Source: Candidatus Heimdallarchaeota archaeon
Lineage (GTDB): Archaea > Asgardarchaeota > Heimdallarchaeia > JABLTI01
DNA: 64,000 nt
Assembly (NCBI GenBank): GCA_019056785.1
Contig: DXJV01000073.1
Location: forward strand, 1,416-65,415
Direction: 5' to 3'
The position numbers and the translations under genes are program-made. The first letter of the stretch is position 1. The number at the start of each line of letters is the position of its first letter. The notes under the pieces were generated by a model. That model worked only from the letters and a program-made list of their open reading frames with translations. It made no database searches and was not told the DNA's origin. Below are positions 53,461 to 63,680 of this stretch, piece by piece.

Positions 53461-54069
53461 TTAGAGATTCACTTCAAGCGCGATTTTCACAGCTTTTTTC
53501 ATCATTGCTAATGACATTGATGGCAAAGCTTTCTCTTTCTTAGCTACTTGCTCTGGGAGGTAGGGAACATGGAGAAAACCATATTTGCTTGGTAACTGGT
53601 ATGTAGTTATATAATGTAAGGTGCCATAAATGAGGTTATTGCACACATAGGTTGACGCGCTATAGGAAAGTATTGCTGGAATACCCGCTCGAGTGATGGC
53701 TGTCACGGTTCTACGGCAATCAATGGTAGTAAAATATGCTGCTGGGCCATCTTTAACAATAAGTTCATCTTTGGGTTTATTTCCCTCGTTATCAGCAATT
53801 CTAGCATCATTAATATTAATCCCTATTTTTTCTACGGCAATTGTATTTCGCCCGCCTGCTTGACCAATAGAGAGAATCAAAGCGGGCTTTGCTTTTGCTA
53901 TTGCTTGTTCTAATATTTCAATAGCCTTTCCAAAAACAACTGGAAGTTTGATGGTGAGTAATTCGCACCCTGGCAACTGTTCTTTGCTTAAATCGGTTAT
54001 TATTTCCAGTGCAGGATTAAGTTTATCCTCTCCAAATGGTTCAAAGCCTGTAAGAATAACGCGTTGCAT
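53461..54069 (-). CDS. pcp: Pyroglutamyl-peptidase I (pyrrolidone-carboxylate peptidase)
   Basis: ILTGFEPFG, GQAGGR, catalytic Cys in STYVCNN, and His in FLHVP. Confidence 0.9.
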   Translation of the reverse strand: MQRVILTGFEPFGEDKLNPALEIITDLSKEQLPGCELLTIKLPVVFGKAIEILEQAIAKAKPALILSIGQAGGRNTIAVEKIGININDARIADNEGNKPKDELIVKDGPAAYFTTIDCRRTVTAITRAGIPAILSYSASTYVCNNLIYGTLHYITTYQLPSKYGFLHVPYLPEQVAKKEKALPSMSLAMMKKAVKIALEVNL

Positions 54070-54211
54070 AATGCTACCACCTTAATCAATTAGTGGTGGT
54101 TGTTCCTTTTAAAACTTGAGTCCTTTAGAAATTCCCAAATAGAAACGTATAAATGATTTAAAGGAGACCATTTCTTTAATTGACTGTGTTAAAGCAATTG
54201 GAGTAACAGCA

Positions 54212-55003
54212 ATGAGTTCTGAAGGCACAATCGTTCGATGCCCCATTTGTAATGAGACATCCCCTCAAGGATACTTGCTCTGTCCCTATTGTGGGGCGGA
54301 CCTTACTGCGGTTTATCAAGAGAAATTATTCCCTCCAGTTACTTATAAAGAGACCTTCTTCCGGATCAAACGCCTGATCACCCAACCCAGAATGATTGCT
54401 CAAGACATTGCCGATAACCCCGATAATAAAGCATCCTTTCTCTTTAGTGTGGCAATTGCCTTTGCTTTTTCATTGCAAATTGTTGCCTATTTAATTCACA
54501 CTCACAGTTTGAATTGGAAGGTTTATCCTGGAGTCTTCTTGTTAAGCTGGATTTTGACTTTATTACTGCCGATTCTCGTATGGCTTATTGGCAGCTGGAT
54601 TATTCGAACAATTACTCGTCTTTTAGGCGGGAAAGCTACCAGTAAACAAATCCGAGCTGCCGTTGGTTATGCTTTCCTTCCGGTGACTGCAGCAGAGTTA
54701 CTTATTGCTCTTCTCTTTCTAATTGGGCTTCCTTGGCGAACTATTGATACTGTTGATATTGGCACCATTGTTTCCCAATTTTTAGAAATGCGGAACTCTT
54801 TCATGGGTATTTTCGGGATGATAATCCATTTTTTGGGGTTTCTAGCGGCGGGTTTTTATATGGTACTCATCGTAAAACCCGCAAGCAATTTTTCCTGGAT
54901 AGAAGCAGCAATTAGTGTGGGTATCCCCCTCCTTGTTTTTTTGATTCTTATGATAACCTATTATGTCGGAACTAGCACAATAGAGGTTACACCCCCGCCG
55001 TGA
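54212..55003 (+). CDS. Zinc-ribbon plus Yip1-like multi-pass membrane protein
   Basis: CPICNE...CPYCGADL followed by five hydrophobic helices in a Yip1-domain-like arrangement. Confidence 0.45.
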   Translation: MSSEGTIVRCPICNETSPQGYLLCPYCGADLTAVYQEKLFPPVTYKETFFRIKRLITQPRMIAQDIADNPDNKASFLFSVAIAFAFSLQIVAYLIHTHSLNWKVYPGVFLLSWILTLLLPILVWLIGSWIIRTITRLLGGKATSKQIRAAVGYAFLPVTAAELLIALLFLIGLPWRTIDTVDIGTIVSQFLEMRNSFMGIFGMIIHFLGFLAAGFYMVLIVKPASNFSWIEAAISVGIPLLVFLILMITYYVGTSTIEVTPPP

Positions 55004-55096
55004 TTTTCAAACATCAAACAAAATTATAAATAGTCTTTTCCTTGCTGTCTAGTTTAATTTTCATAGTTGTAATGCAGATAACAAGCTGGTTGACAA

Positions 55097-57019
55097 ATGG
55101 CATATAAAGAAGAAAAACCCCCTAAAGAAAAGGTTGAGGAAGAAAAAGTTAATGTAAAAAAGGGTGACAAACATCCTCAAAATAAAAAGCAATTAACAGA
55201 CGAACAGCGACAAGCACGAAAGAAGAAGATTATTAAAACATCGATTATTGCTTTTGTAATTGTTGCTTTAACCGTAGGTGTGTCATTTCTTGGGCCTTCA
55301 GATATGAAACCCGGTGTGTATCGTGTTGAATTGACCTTTACTTTTTCCCCGACACCTGAAACCATTGAATTTAATATCACCATGGCTAGTGCTGAAAATA
55401 CGGAAGTTCTCGAGTATTATCTTCCAATTGGAAGTACCGGGCAATCTTGTCTCGTGGTCACAGAAAAGGCTTACAAATCTGCAACTCATTCTGAAGTAAT
55501 TTTTAAAGTTGGCATTCTCGATTCCCATAATAATTCTGTGCAGAATCTCGAACTAAAAGAAGTGACTGGGAAAATTTTTGGACCAAATATGGAACGGAAA
55601 ATCCGCCCTATTACCGATACCACTGTTCATAGCTCACTCTTGGGAGAAACAATCAATGCATTCTATTTTAAAATGGCTGTTCCTTTCAAAGCAGGTATAG
55701 CTTTAGCACTATTAGTATTGATAGCGGGTCTTTGGATAACTGAAATTGTCCCCACTATTGTTGGCGCCTTCTTGGTTCCTATTGCAGTTGTTGTTATGCA
55801 AATTTCCTCTACGGCTGAAGCTTTGACCCCCTTCTTTGATCCTGTTATTGCTCTTTTTCTTGGCGGATTTATTATTGCAGAAGCCTTAAAGAAGCATAAT
55901 ATTGACCGTCGGTTGGCTTTGGGCATTGTGAGTAAGGCAAGATTTCGACCGTCTATGCTTATCTTACTCTTGATGGGGGTTTCGGCCTTTCTTTCCATGT
56001 GGATGAGTAACACTGCCAGTGCAGCGGTCATGATCCCAATTGCTATTGCCCTTGTATCACAAATCGAAAAGAGCGAGGGAGCGCAAAAAACGCTGGGCTT
56101 TAAAAAAGCAATTGTTCTTGGCATTGGATATGCAGCAACCACAGGGGGAATTGCCTCTGTCATAGGTACCCCCGCCAATCCTATAGCCATTGCTGGGTTA
56201 AATGAAGTTGGTATTGAAATCTCGTTTCTAAAATGGTTTGGCTTTGGGTTGCCGTTTGTTTTCATCATGTTGTTTATTATCTGGGGTTATTTACTTTTAG
56301 TCTTTAAACCAAAAGTATCAAAGGAAAGCCTTGGTGAAGTTCAACTCCAATTCAAAGAAGAATTAAAGAAATTAGGAAAAATGGATGCAAAACAATGGAT
56401 TACAGTGGTCATTTTCATTATAACCATTCTTCTCTGGCTATTAGCGAAACCCATCAAAACTTGGACCGGCGGAACGATTGCATTGAGCTCAGGAATAATA
56501 GCTCTTTTTGCTGTAGTGTTAATTTTCGGCACGGGCACCCTTGAGCCGAAGGATGTAAAAAACGTTAATTGGAACGCCCTGTTCTTATTTGGTGGTGGGT
56601 TAAGCCTCGGGCAAGCCCTCACCGCAACAGGTATTGGAGATTGGATCGCTTCAAATATGGGTGTCATAGAAGGCAAGCATTTTATCGTCATCTCCTTAAT
56701 TGTTGGTGGGATTTCTTTGTTAGTAACAGCTGTTGCAAGTAACACCGCAAGCGCAGCAATGCTTATCCCCCTTGTAATCCCTATCGCATTTAGTATTGGC
56801 ATTGACCCAACCCTTTTAGCGCTCATTGTTGCTATTGGCTCGAGTGTAGATTATGCACTTGTTTTTGGCACACCCCCCACAATGATCAGCTATTCTACTG
56901 GCTATTTTAGTGTAAAAGAAATCTTCCGTATTGGAAGTATCTTGGACCTTATTGGCATCTTGTTACTTTCAACTGTTTCCGTACTACTGTGGGCGGCATT
57001 TGGCTTGATCGCTGTGTGA
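55097..57019 (+). CDS. SLC13/DASS-family anion (di/tricarboxylate or sulfate) permease with an about 200-aa N-terminal extension
   Basis: Duplicated hairpin motifs WMSNTASAAVMIPIA and ASNTASAAMLIPLV. More than 12 TM helices. Confidence 0.8.
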   Translation: MAYKEEKPPKEKVEEEKVNVKKGDKHPQNKKQLTDEQRQARKKKIIKTSIIAFVIVALTVGVSFLGPSDMKPGVYRVELTFTFSPTPETIEFNITMASAENTEVLEYYLPIGSTGQSCLVVTEKAYKSATHSEVIFKVGILDSHNNSVQNLELKEVTGKIFGPNMERKIRPITDTTVHSSLLGETINAFYFKMAVPFKAGIALALLVLIAGLWITEIVPTIVGAFLVPIAVVVMQISSTAEALTPFFDPVIALFLGGFIIAEALKKHNIDRRLALGIVSKARFRPSMLILLLMGVSAFLSMWMSNTASAAVMIPIAIALVSQIEKSEGAQKTLGFKKAIVLGIGYAATTGGIASVIGTPANPIAIAGLNEVGIEISFLKWFGFGLPFVFIMLFIIWGYLLLVFKPKVSKESLGEVQLQFKEELKKLGKMDAKQWITVVIFIITILLWLLAKPIKTWTGGTIALSSGIIALFAVVLIFGTGTLEPKDVKNVNWNALFLFGGGLSLGQALTATGIGDWIASNMGVIEGKHFIVISLIVGGISLLVTAVASNTASAAMLIPLVIPIAFSIGIDPTLLALIVAIGSSVDYALVFGTPPTMISYSTGYFSVKEIFRIGSILDLIGILLLSTVSVLLWAAFGLIAV

Positions 57020-57024
57020 GCGGG

Positions 57025-57948
57025 CTATTTCGGGGAAATAATCTTTATTTCCCCTGTTTCTGAGATTAAAGCAACCTTCGCATTGACATAAGTATAATAC
57101 TCTTCAGAAGTAAAAAGGCTGAGCAATTTATTTTCGAATAGATATCGGTAACCTTCGGGGACAACTTCATGAGCCCGAATTATCATTGCCAACTCATTCG
57201 TTTTCAAGAACTCTTCAACAAGTGCTTTCCCAAAGGTGTAAATGCCGTCTCCCCTCAAGCTATAGGAGGACCACTCGATTTCTGGTTGTGGGTCATTCCA
57301 AAGCAATTGCATTATCGTTGGATTCTCAACCATAAAATCATCTTTTGGGAGAGAAGCGATTTCTTGGAGAGAGAAATCCTCGATGGGAATTCCTCCATGG
57401 ACAAAGAAATAGCGAAACTTCTCATGAACAAGGGCTAATGGTAGCGTTGCAAATGCTTTGTTAAAATGCATAAAGAGTGGCGGTAATGAATGCGGTTCCA
57501 ATGTATAGTGGAAAAGCGATTCATTTATCCCCTCAAATCGAAATACCTCCTCTAGAAATCCATAACGTGTATTTACAGGGAATGATTCATGGTTTCCTCG
57601 GATAAAATGAACTCTTTTTGGATATTTCAGAACCAAAGCAAAAATGAGGTTCAAACAAGCAAGAGAATGCGAGCCACGGTCGACAATGTCTCCGAGAAAG
57701 ATCAGATGTTTTGGATGATTCTTCTCAAGAAACCTTGAAACGACGGATTTCAACATGGCAAAGTCTCCATGGATGTCGCCTACAACTAAGATTGATCCCT
57801 TAGCAACCCTTTCTAGTGTTGGCAAGGTTGCTGAATGGGTCATAAAAGAGCCAATTAAAGAGTCAATCTCTTCCTTTGTGAGCGATTTTGCAACATCAAA
57901 GTCTGATAAAAGGCGGTCAATAAATGAGGGGGGGTTTTTAGTTGGCAT
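57025..57948 (-). CDS. PPP-family Ser/Thr protein phosphatase (metallophosphoesterase)
   Basis: GDIHGDF, LGDIVDRG, RGNHE and VHGG motifs in order. Confidence 0.85.
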   Translation of the reverse strand: MPTKNPPSFIDRLLSDFDVAKSLTKEEIDSLIGSFMTHSATLPTLERVAKGSILVVGDIHGDFAMLKSVVSRFLEKNHPKHLIFLGDIVDRGSHSLACLNLIFALVLKYPKRVHFIRGNHESFPVNTRYGFLEEVFRFEGINESLFHYTLEPHSLPPLFMHFNKAFATLPLALVHEKFRYFFVHGGIPIEDFSLQEIASLPKDDFMVENPTIMQLLWNDPQPEIEWSSYSLRGDGIYTFGKALVEEFLKTNELAMIIRAHEVVPEGYRYLFENKLLSLFTSEEYYTYVNAKVALISETGEIKIISPK

Positions 57949-57989
57949 GATAGCAGTATCTAAGTTGGAGCGATTAAAAAAGCATTTCT

Positions 57990-59252
57990 TTATTCGGTTT
58001 TAAAATCATCTGTTTTAAGGTGCCTTCGACAGATAGGGCACGTACCTTGAACCTTCACCCATTCCACTAAGTGAGAATAATGAGCAATAGAATGACAATA
58101 AGGGCATGAAGCTATTTTTTGTCCTTTCGCTATTGGCCGGCGACAAACAGGACAAGGTTCTGATAGGTCCTCAGTGGCAATGCCCTCTCCACTAGCCCGT
58201 TGTGCAGCTATCAAGGAAGCTAAACGGCGCAAGGCATTAACATAAGATTGCTTTTTCAAGGGATTATTTGTGAGGTCTGCAGCTTTATCAAAATAATTTA
58301 CTGCTTCAGAGAACTTGCCATTTCGTTCTAACACAACTGCGATTTCGGCATAGAGATCTGAGGTGGCAAGCGCCGGGAAGGCATCACTTATCTCCTGAAT
58401 CATTTCCTCAGCGGACTCGATGTCACCTGCTGCAGCATAATCTCTGAACTTATCAAGAAGCACAAACTTTTCCAATCGCTTTTCAACTCGCAGGGCATCT
58501 TTTGGTTGATTGGAGTCATCATAGGCTTTAATGGCTTGTTTAAAAGCCTCTTTTGCCTCTTCAATTCTCCCTGCTGCAAGTGCACGTTCTCCTCTTTCCT
58601 CTTGAGATTCTCCTACCAAATCTTGTCGGCCCAGCTCTCCATATATCGAGGCCGATACACCCGGTTGTTCTATAGCTTGATAATCGTGCGCACCGACAGC
58701 GAGAATAGCATCAGCCTCGTCAACAAAACCAAGTGCCCGCAAAAGCTCAGAAGAGATGCGGTATTTTCCCCTATTAAAACTATATTGTGAAAGCTTTCGA
58801 ACAGTTTGTTCTTGAAATTTTGGTGGGATATACTTCACAAGGTCGATAACAGTGTTAGTATCATTCCGATCGATAAACATCTTAATAACATCAAAATATG
58901 CCCCCGCTAAAAGATAAGCAATTTTAGCTCGTTCCGGGTCGCTTCGCTCGAATCGTCGCCCTGTTTTGATCCAAAACAGCTGTGCTTCTTTTGGTCCGAG
59001 TTCTTGTTGTACGATGGATTCGAATAAAGGGCGCTTATCGAGAGGTGTTCGAAAATAGAGATTTGCGGCTTCAACATAATTCTTTTGGCGCAAATAGAGT
59101 TTGCCTGCCGAGATAAAGTCACCATAACTTAGATATGTTTGAATGGTTTTTTCTGGTTGCCTTCTTTTCTTCTTGTTCTTTCGACTTGCTGCAATTATCA
59201 AAAAGATTAGTGCAATTCCAAAAGCTGTTATAAAGACTAGCCAAGTTTCCAT
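57990..59252 (-). CDS. N-terminal TM anchor - TPR-like repeats - C-terminal RING-H2-like zinc finger protein
   Basis: The N-terminus is hydrophobic. The C-terminus reads CPVCRRPIAKGQKIASCPYCHSIAHYSHLVEWVKVQGTCPICRRHL (58029..58154) and resembles RING-H2 (..C.H..H...l..W.....CPxCR). Confidence 0.55.
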   Translation of the reverse strand: METWLVFITAFGIALIFLIIAASRKNKKKRRQPEKTIQTYLSYGDFISAGKLYLRQKNYVEAANLYFRTPLDKRPLFESIVQQELGPKEAQLFWIKTGRRFERSDPERAKIAYLLAGAYFDVIKMFIDRNDTNTVIDLVKYIPPKFQEQTVRKLSQYSFNRGKYRISSELLRALGFVDEADAILAVGAHDYQAIEQPGVSASIYGELGRQDLVGESQEERGERALAAGRIEEAKEAFKQAIKAYDDSNQPKDALRVEKRLEKFVLLDKFRDYAAAGDIESAEEMIQEISDAFPALATSDLYAEIAVVLERNGKFSEAVNYFDKAADLTNNPLKKQSYVNALRRLASLIAAQRASGEGIATEDLSEPCPVCRRPIAKGQKIASCPYCHSIAHYSHLVEWVKVQGTCPICRRHLKTDDFKTE

Positions 59253-59362
59253 TGTATAACCCTTTTTTTATCAGCTGTTCTTTGAGGTGAAATAATGCAA
59301 TTGACTATTAATACATTTGTTTTCTTAAAGAGTTTTTAGGTTTGACAAGATTTCCTCGAGAA

Positions 59363-61180
59363 TCATTTATGAGCCAAATTAACATAGAGACAGTCTTTAG
59401 TCTTTTTATCAACTCTTACAAAACCATACCGTTCAAACTGTGCTAAATCGCCTACTTTTTGTTTTGCGAAAGCCTTCTCTGCAACACCAGTAACAACTGT
59501 CAAACTTTTTTCATTAAAGGTATTGTCAATAAAGAGAACATCCGGCACCCTAACTTTTACCTGGACAATTGCTGCTGTTTGCGCGGGCACCCATTGAATC
59601 TTTGTCCCAAGTTTAAGTTCTGTTCCAGTGAATTCTGCTATTGCGTGTGTTTTATATTTTATTAAAAACTCTTCTGACCCCCCAACAATTTTCAATGTTC
59701 GTTTTGTTAAATTAACATTTTTTGCGATCAGCTTAATATTAAAGAGATCCTTTAATCGAAATTCCTCACCTTTGGCTAACTGCTTGAAATCACTGTTTGC
59801 TATTAAGAAGAGATTTCCGGCTGGAAGGGTACGCCTTCCTCGCTCTGGATGATCGGGATGACATAATGGTTCACAAACACGTTCTTTAGTGATGTTTTGT
59901 ACATATACAACAACTGGATTTGGAACAAAAAAGAATCTATTAGCAATGGAGTCAATAATTTTCCTATTCGTTGCTGCTATCAAACTCCAATCGATATTCG
60001 TTGGTTGGGTGGTCATTCCAACTTGTACGGCTATTTGTTTTATTGTTTCAGGAACAATACCCCGTCGTTGTAAACCTTTTATGGTAACAAGACGAATATC
60101 GTCCCATCCTTCCACCTTGCCCTCTTGGATTAAAGGAATAATCTTTCGTTTTGATGCAGGGCTACCAATGACGTTAAACCGCGCATAATGGAATATCTCA
60201 GGATGGGGGAGTAAACCTAAAAGCTCACGAATTTTATTTTGAAGCTCAATACGGGTGTCAAATTCAGCACTTCTACCTACATGAGTAATACCACAAAGAT
60301 GGTCTTCTATTGCTACAGCAAAATCATACAAGGGCCAGACATTATACTTTCGCCCCTGTAAACAATGCTTTGCTTTTCGAATGGCAAAAATCGCCGGATC
60401 ACGCATGACAGCATTTTGGCTTTTCATATCGCCCCGCAATCGAAGAATCATTTCTCCTTCGGCGAATTCTCCTTTCAGCATTTTTTTCCATTCAGCCATA
60501 GTTTCTTTTGGGGCCTTTTTTACATGGGGGCAAGCTTTCATTTGAGCTCGTAATTCACGGAGTCGGTCAATAGGGCAATTGCAGGTATATGCCAGATTTC
60601 TTTTAATTAATTCTTCTGCCTTTTCATAGAAAATGGGAATATCATTTGAAACAATGCGTTCCACAGTTGGCTCTAACCCCAGCCATTTTAGAGCATCACG
60701 ATGGGCTTGCATATATTCTATGCGCTCTTGTTTGGGATTTGTGTCTTCAAACCGCAACACAAATGTTCCCTCATATTCTTTAGCATAATAATGAGCAAAA
60801 AATGCGGTAAAAGCATGTCCGAGATGCATCTCGCCGTTTGGCTCGGGAGCATATCGGGTGATAACTTTCCCACGTTGCGCGTTTTTAAGTTTAGGTAAAC
60901 GGTAGGTGCGTTTTGTCGCTGTTTTTTCTTCTAAAAGTTCCGGGGCAAGAGTTGTTAGTTGATTTTTTTGATCCTCAAAAGTTAATTGATTAATTTCAGC
61001 TACGACACGCTCAACCTCAGAAATGATTTTTTTTGCATCTTTCCGCAATTCTGGATGACGAGCCATAATCTTTTGCATTACTGACTTTTCGTGTGCCTTG
61101 CCTTGGTGATGGATGGCATTTTCTAACGCATATTTCTTTATGAGCGTTTCCAGCTCACTGGGGGATTGAGCATCTGTCAA
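59363..61180 (-). CDS. gltX: Glutamate--tRNA ligase (archaeal/eukaryotic GlxRS type)
   Basis: RYAPEPNGEMHLGHAF (HIGH), FVLRFEDTNP, and the archaeal-type N-terminal helical domain (YALENAIHHQGKA...). Confidence 0.9.
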   Translation of the reverse strand: MTDAQSPSELETLIKKYALENAIHHQGKAHEKSVMQKIMARHPELRKDAKKIISEVERVVAEINQLTFEDQKNQLTTLAPELLEEKTATKRTYRLPKLKNAQRGKVITRYAPEPNGEMHLGHAFTAFFAHYYAKEYEGTFVLRFEDTNPKQERIEYMQAHRDALKWLGLEPTVERIVSNDIPIFYEKAEELIKRNLAYTCNCPIDRLRELRAQMKACPHVKKAPKETMAEWKKMLKGEFAEGEMILRLRGDMKSQNAVMRDPAIFAIRKAKHCLQGRKYNVWPLYDFAVAIEDHLCGITHVGRSAEFDTRIELQNKIRELLGLLPHPEIFHYARFNVIGSPASKRKIIPLIQEGKVEGWDDIRLVTIKGLQRRGIVPETIKQIAVQVGMTTQPTNIDWSLIAATNRKIIDSIANRFFFVPNPVVVYVQNITKERVCEPLCHPDHPERGRRTLPAGNLFLIANSDFKQLAKGEEFRLKDLFNIKLIAKNVNLTKRTLKIVGGSEEFLIKYKTHAIAEFTGTELKLGTKIQWVPAQTAAIVQVKVRVPDVLFIDNTFNEKSLTVVTGVAEKAFAKQKVGDLAQFERYGFVRVDKKTKDCLYVNLAHK

Positions 61181-61288
61181 ACTCTTTTTCCTCGCAATTA
61201 CTCTTATTTTGTTTTTTAGTCGCTTTGATAGGCTATATAAAAGATTCTTTTCTGGTTTAAAACAAAGTGAAAAAAGGAGAGAGAAGGA

Positions 61289-61987
61289 TTAGTCCTTCGC
61301 TTTCAAAATGATTCGTGCATCAACACCAAAAATGCCGTCTTCGTTTGCAATTACAGGGTTGAGATCGATTTCTTTGATGTAGTTATTGTATTTGTCTGCT
61401 ATTTTTGAGACATTTACAATCATCTCTGCTAAAGCATCTCTGTCAACAGGTGGGAGGCCACGAAAACCGTTGAGCATCTTCTGGGTTTTTATTTCATCGA
61501 TCATTCGCTGTGCGCGCTCTTTCGTTGTTGGGCATAAACGGAAGGTGACATCACGAATAGCTTCAATTAATGTTCCACCAATGCCAAAAGCAATCACCGG
61601 GCCGAATGTTGGGTCGATATTCATACCAATAAATAATTCAATGCCCTTTTTAACCTGTTTTTCAACAAGAATTCCATTAAGGGCAAATTTTTGCAAACGA
61701 GCTTTCATTGCTTCATATTTTGCTTTCAAAGCACCTTCATCAGTTATGCCAATTTCCACTGCTTTGAAGTCAGATTTGTGAAGAATTTGGGGCGACATTG
61801 CTTTGATGACAATTGGATAACCAATTTTCTTTGCAAAGGCGACTGCCTCATCAACATCTTTTGTCAACTTATTTGGCGGAAAGACAACACCTGCAGCTTC
61901 GAAGATTTGTAATGCTTCATGCTCTAAAAGGAAATTTCGTCCTTCTTTATAGGCTGTTTCAAATAAACTTTTTTTATCTGTGGTCAT
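61289..61987 (-). CDS. acdB: Acetate--CoA ligase (ADP-forming) beta subunit (ATP-grasp)
   Basis: LLEHEALQIFEAAGV...GYPIVIKAMSPQILHKSD. I chose ATG 61987 because the track start at 62068 overlaps the alpha subunit gene. Confidence 0.8.
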   Translation of the reverse strand: MTTDKKSLFETAYKEGRNFLLEHEALQIFEAAGVVFPPNKLTKDVDEAVAFAKKIGYPIVIKAMSPQILHKSDFKAVEIGITDEGALKAKYEAMKARLQKFALNGILVEKQVKKGIELFIGMNIDPTFGPVIAFGIGGTLIEAIRDVTFRLCPTTKERAQRMIDEIKTQKMLNGFRGLPPVDRDALAEMIVNVSKIADKYNNYIKEIDLNPVIANEDGIFGVDARIILKAKD

Positions 61988-62003
61988 TTTTACATTTCTC
62001 CTT

Positions 62004-63434
62004 TTATTCTTTTGGCACTTCTCGAAGTTTGGGAAGAGCCATGCCATGTGCCCGGAGGTAGTCAGCATATTCTGTTAATTTATCAATGGCATATACTGAA
62101 CGCGCCGGTGTTGGATAAAATGGAAAGTTCATTTTTTCAAGCTCTTCACGGATATATGCCGCTTCTTTCCCACCTATTGCACAAAAGGTAATGGTTTTTT
62201 TAATGGTTTTTGCATAGGGTTTCAATCCTTCCATTAGGTCATATACATTAATTGCGGGTGGTGTTGGAATTATTATATAGGTTATAGAATCCACATTTGG
62301 GTCATCAATTGTTTGCTCGAGAGCGTAGAGATATTCTTTTGCAGTTGCACTCCCAGTGAGATCGATGGGATTTGCAACAGAGATAATTGGTGGCAAATCA
62401 GCACGCATTTTTTCATGAATGTGTGGAGAAAGTTCGGCTAATTCCAAACCAAGTTCACCAACAGCATCAGAAGCCATGACGCCAGCGCCCCCACCGTCTG
62501 TGATGATTAACACACAGCGCCCTTCAGGGAGGAAGGAGGAATTAAATGCATTCATACAATCAAATAATTCATCCCAGGTATATGCTCGAATTATCCCGGC
62601 TTCTCGGAAGAGAGCATCTGTCACAGCATCATTTGCTGCAAGAGAAGCAGTATGACTTGCAACTGCATGAGCACCGGCTTCGTTTCGATTGGCTTTTATG
62701 GCGATTATGGGCTTCTTCAGAGAGACTTTCCTGGCGATTTCAATAAAGCGTCGCCCTTCTTTGAAGCCTTCAAGATAGGCAAGAATGATCTTGGTTTCGG
62801 GGTCCTCGCCAAAATATTCAAGAATGTCCGCTTCGTTAATATCCGAGGCATTCCCATAGCTAACGAATTTCGAAAGATAGTTCCCGTTCCCCAAGGAACC
62901 CATAATATCCAGAAAGGCAGAACCAAATGCGCCGCTTTGAGAGAGAATCGATACCCCACCAACGCCTGGGCGTTTCAGCTTTTCGTCTGGTAAGAAGATC
63001 ATATCTAATCCTCTCTTCGGATAGAATAAACCTATGCAGTTTGGTCCAATTATGCGCATATTGTTTGCTTTGGCAATTTCGTCTATTTCTTTTTGTAGAC
63101 GAATGCCCTCTTCACCTATCTCTTTAAATCCACCAGAGATGATAGTGACAAATTTAATGCCCTTTTTGGCACAATCAGCAACCGCTGAAGGGGTGTATTT
63201 TGCAGGAACGATAATTACTGCTGAGTCGACCGGTTCGGCAACCTCTTGGATAGATTGATAGACTGGTTGCCCTAAAATTTCTCCTCCTTTCGGATTGATG
63301 AGAAAGGTTTTCCCCTTGAAATTTTTTATGAAATTTTCAGCAATAACATAGCCTGGCTTCCCCTTGGAAGCTGAAGCACCAAAAATCGCTATGCTCTTTG
63401 TTTGAAAAAAGTCATGTAATGGATTTTTGGTCAT
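62004..63434 (-). CDS. acdA: Acetate--CoA ligase (ADP-forming) alpha subunit (CoA-binding / succinyl-CoA-synthetase-like)
   Basis: SIAIFGAS...GKPGY, IIGPNCIGL, and the phospho-His region GHTAS-like (VASHTASLA). Confidence 0.85.
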   Translation of the reverse strand: MTKNPLHDFFQTKSIAIFGASASKGKPGYVIAENFIKNFKGKTFLINPKGGEILGQPVYQSIQEVAEPVDSAVIIVPAKYTPSAVADCAKKGIKFVTIISGGFKEIGEEGIRLQKEIDEIAKANNMRIIGPNCIGLFYPKRGLDMIFLPDEKLKRPGVGGVSILSQSGAFGSAFLDIMGSLGNGNYLSKFVSYGNASDINEADILEYFGEDPETKIILAYLEGFKEGRRFIEIARKVSLKKPIIAIKANRNEAGAHAVASHTASLAANDAVTDALFREAGIIRAYTWDELFDCMNAFNSSFLPEGRCVLIITDGGGAGVMASDAVGELGLELAELSPHIHEKMRADLPPIISVANPIDLTGSATAKEYLYALEQTIDDPNVDSITYIIIPTPPAINVYDLMEGLKPYAKTIKKTITFCAIGGKEAAYIREELEKMNFPFYPTPARSVYAIDKLTEYADYLRAHGMALPKLREVPKE

Positions 63435-63680
63435 TTTGTATTTACTTCCAGAAGTTTGTTTTGTTTTTTTAAGTTTGTAAGTGTCTTCAAATGGTGAGGT
63501 AATCCGATGCTTTTTTAAGAGTTTTCAAGGATAACGTAAATCTTTGCCCTTCCAAGCAGGAAAATACTTTCAAGCATCTCCCAGTTGTAAGCACTTTTTT
63601 GAAAACTCGCAGTTTCGTAGGAAAAAGATTAGAATAGATAGGGCTTAATCATTGATAGGTAGAGTGCTCAAGTGAAAAAA

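Noticed and set aside
55663-56826. Two long minus-strand ORFs (201 and 161 aa) inside the SLC13 permease gene
   Set aside because: They are antisense to a strongly supported transporter gene with duplicated SNTASAA motifs. No motifs of their own were seen.
59363-61180. N-terminal helical domain of GluRS as an unusual GatB/YqeY-like appendage
   Set aside because: As I recall, this N-terminal segment (YALxNAxxHxGxA...) is standard for archaeal-type GluRS, so it is not a novelty.
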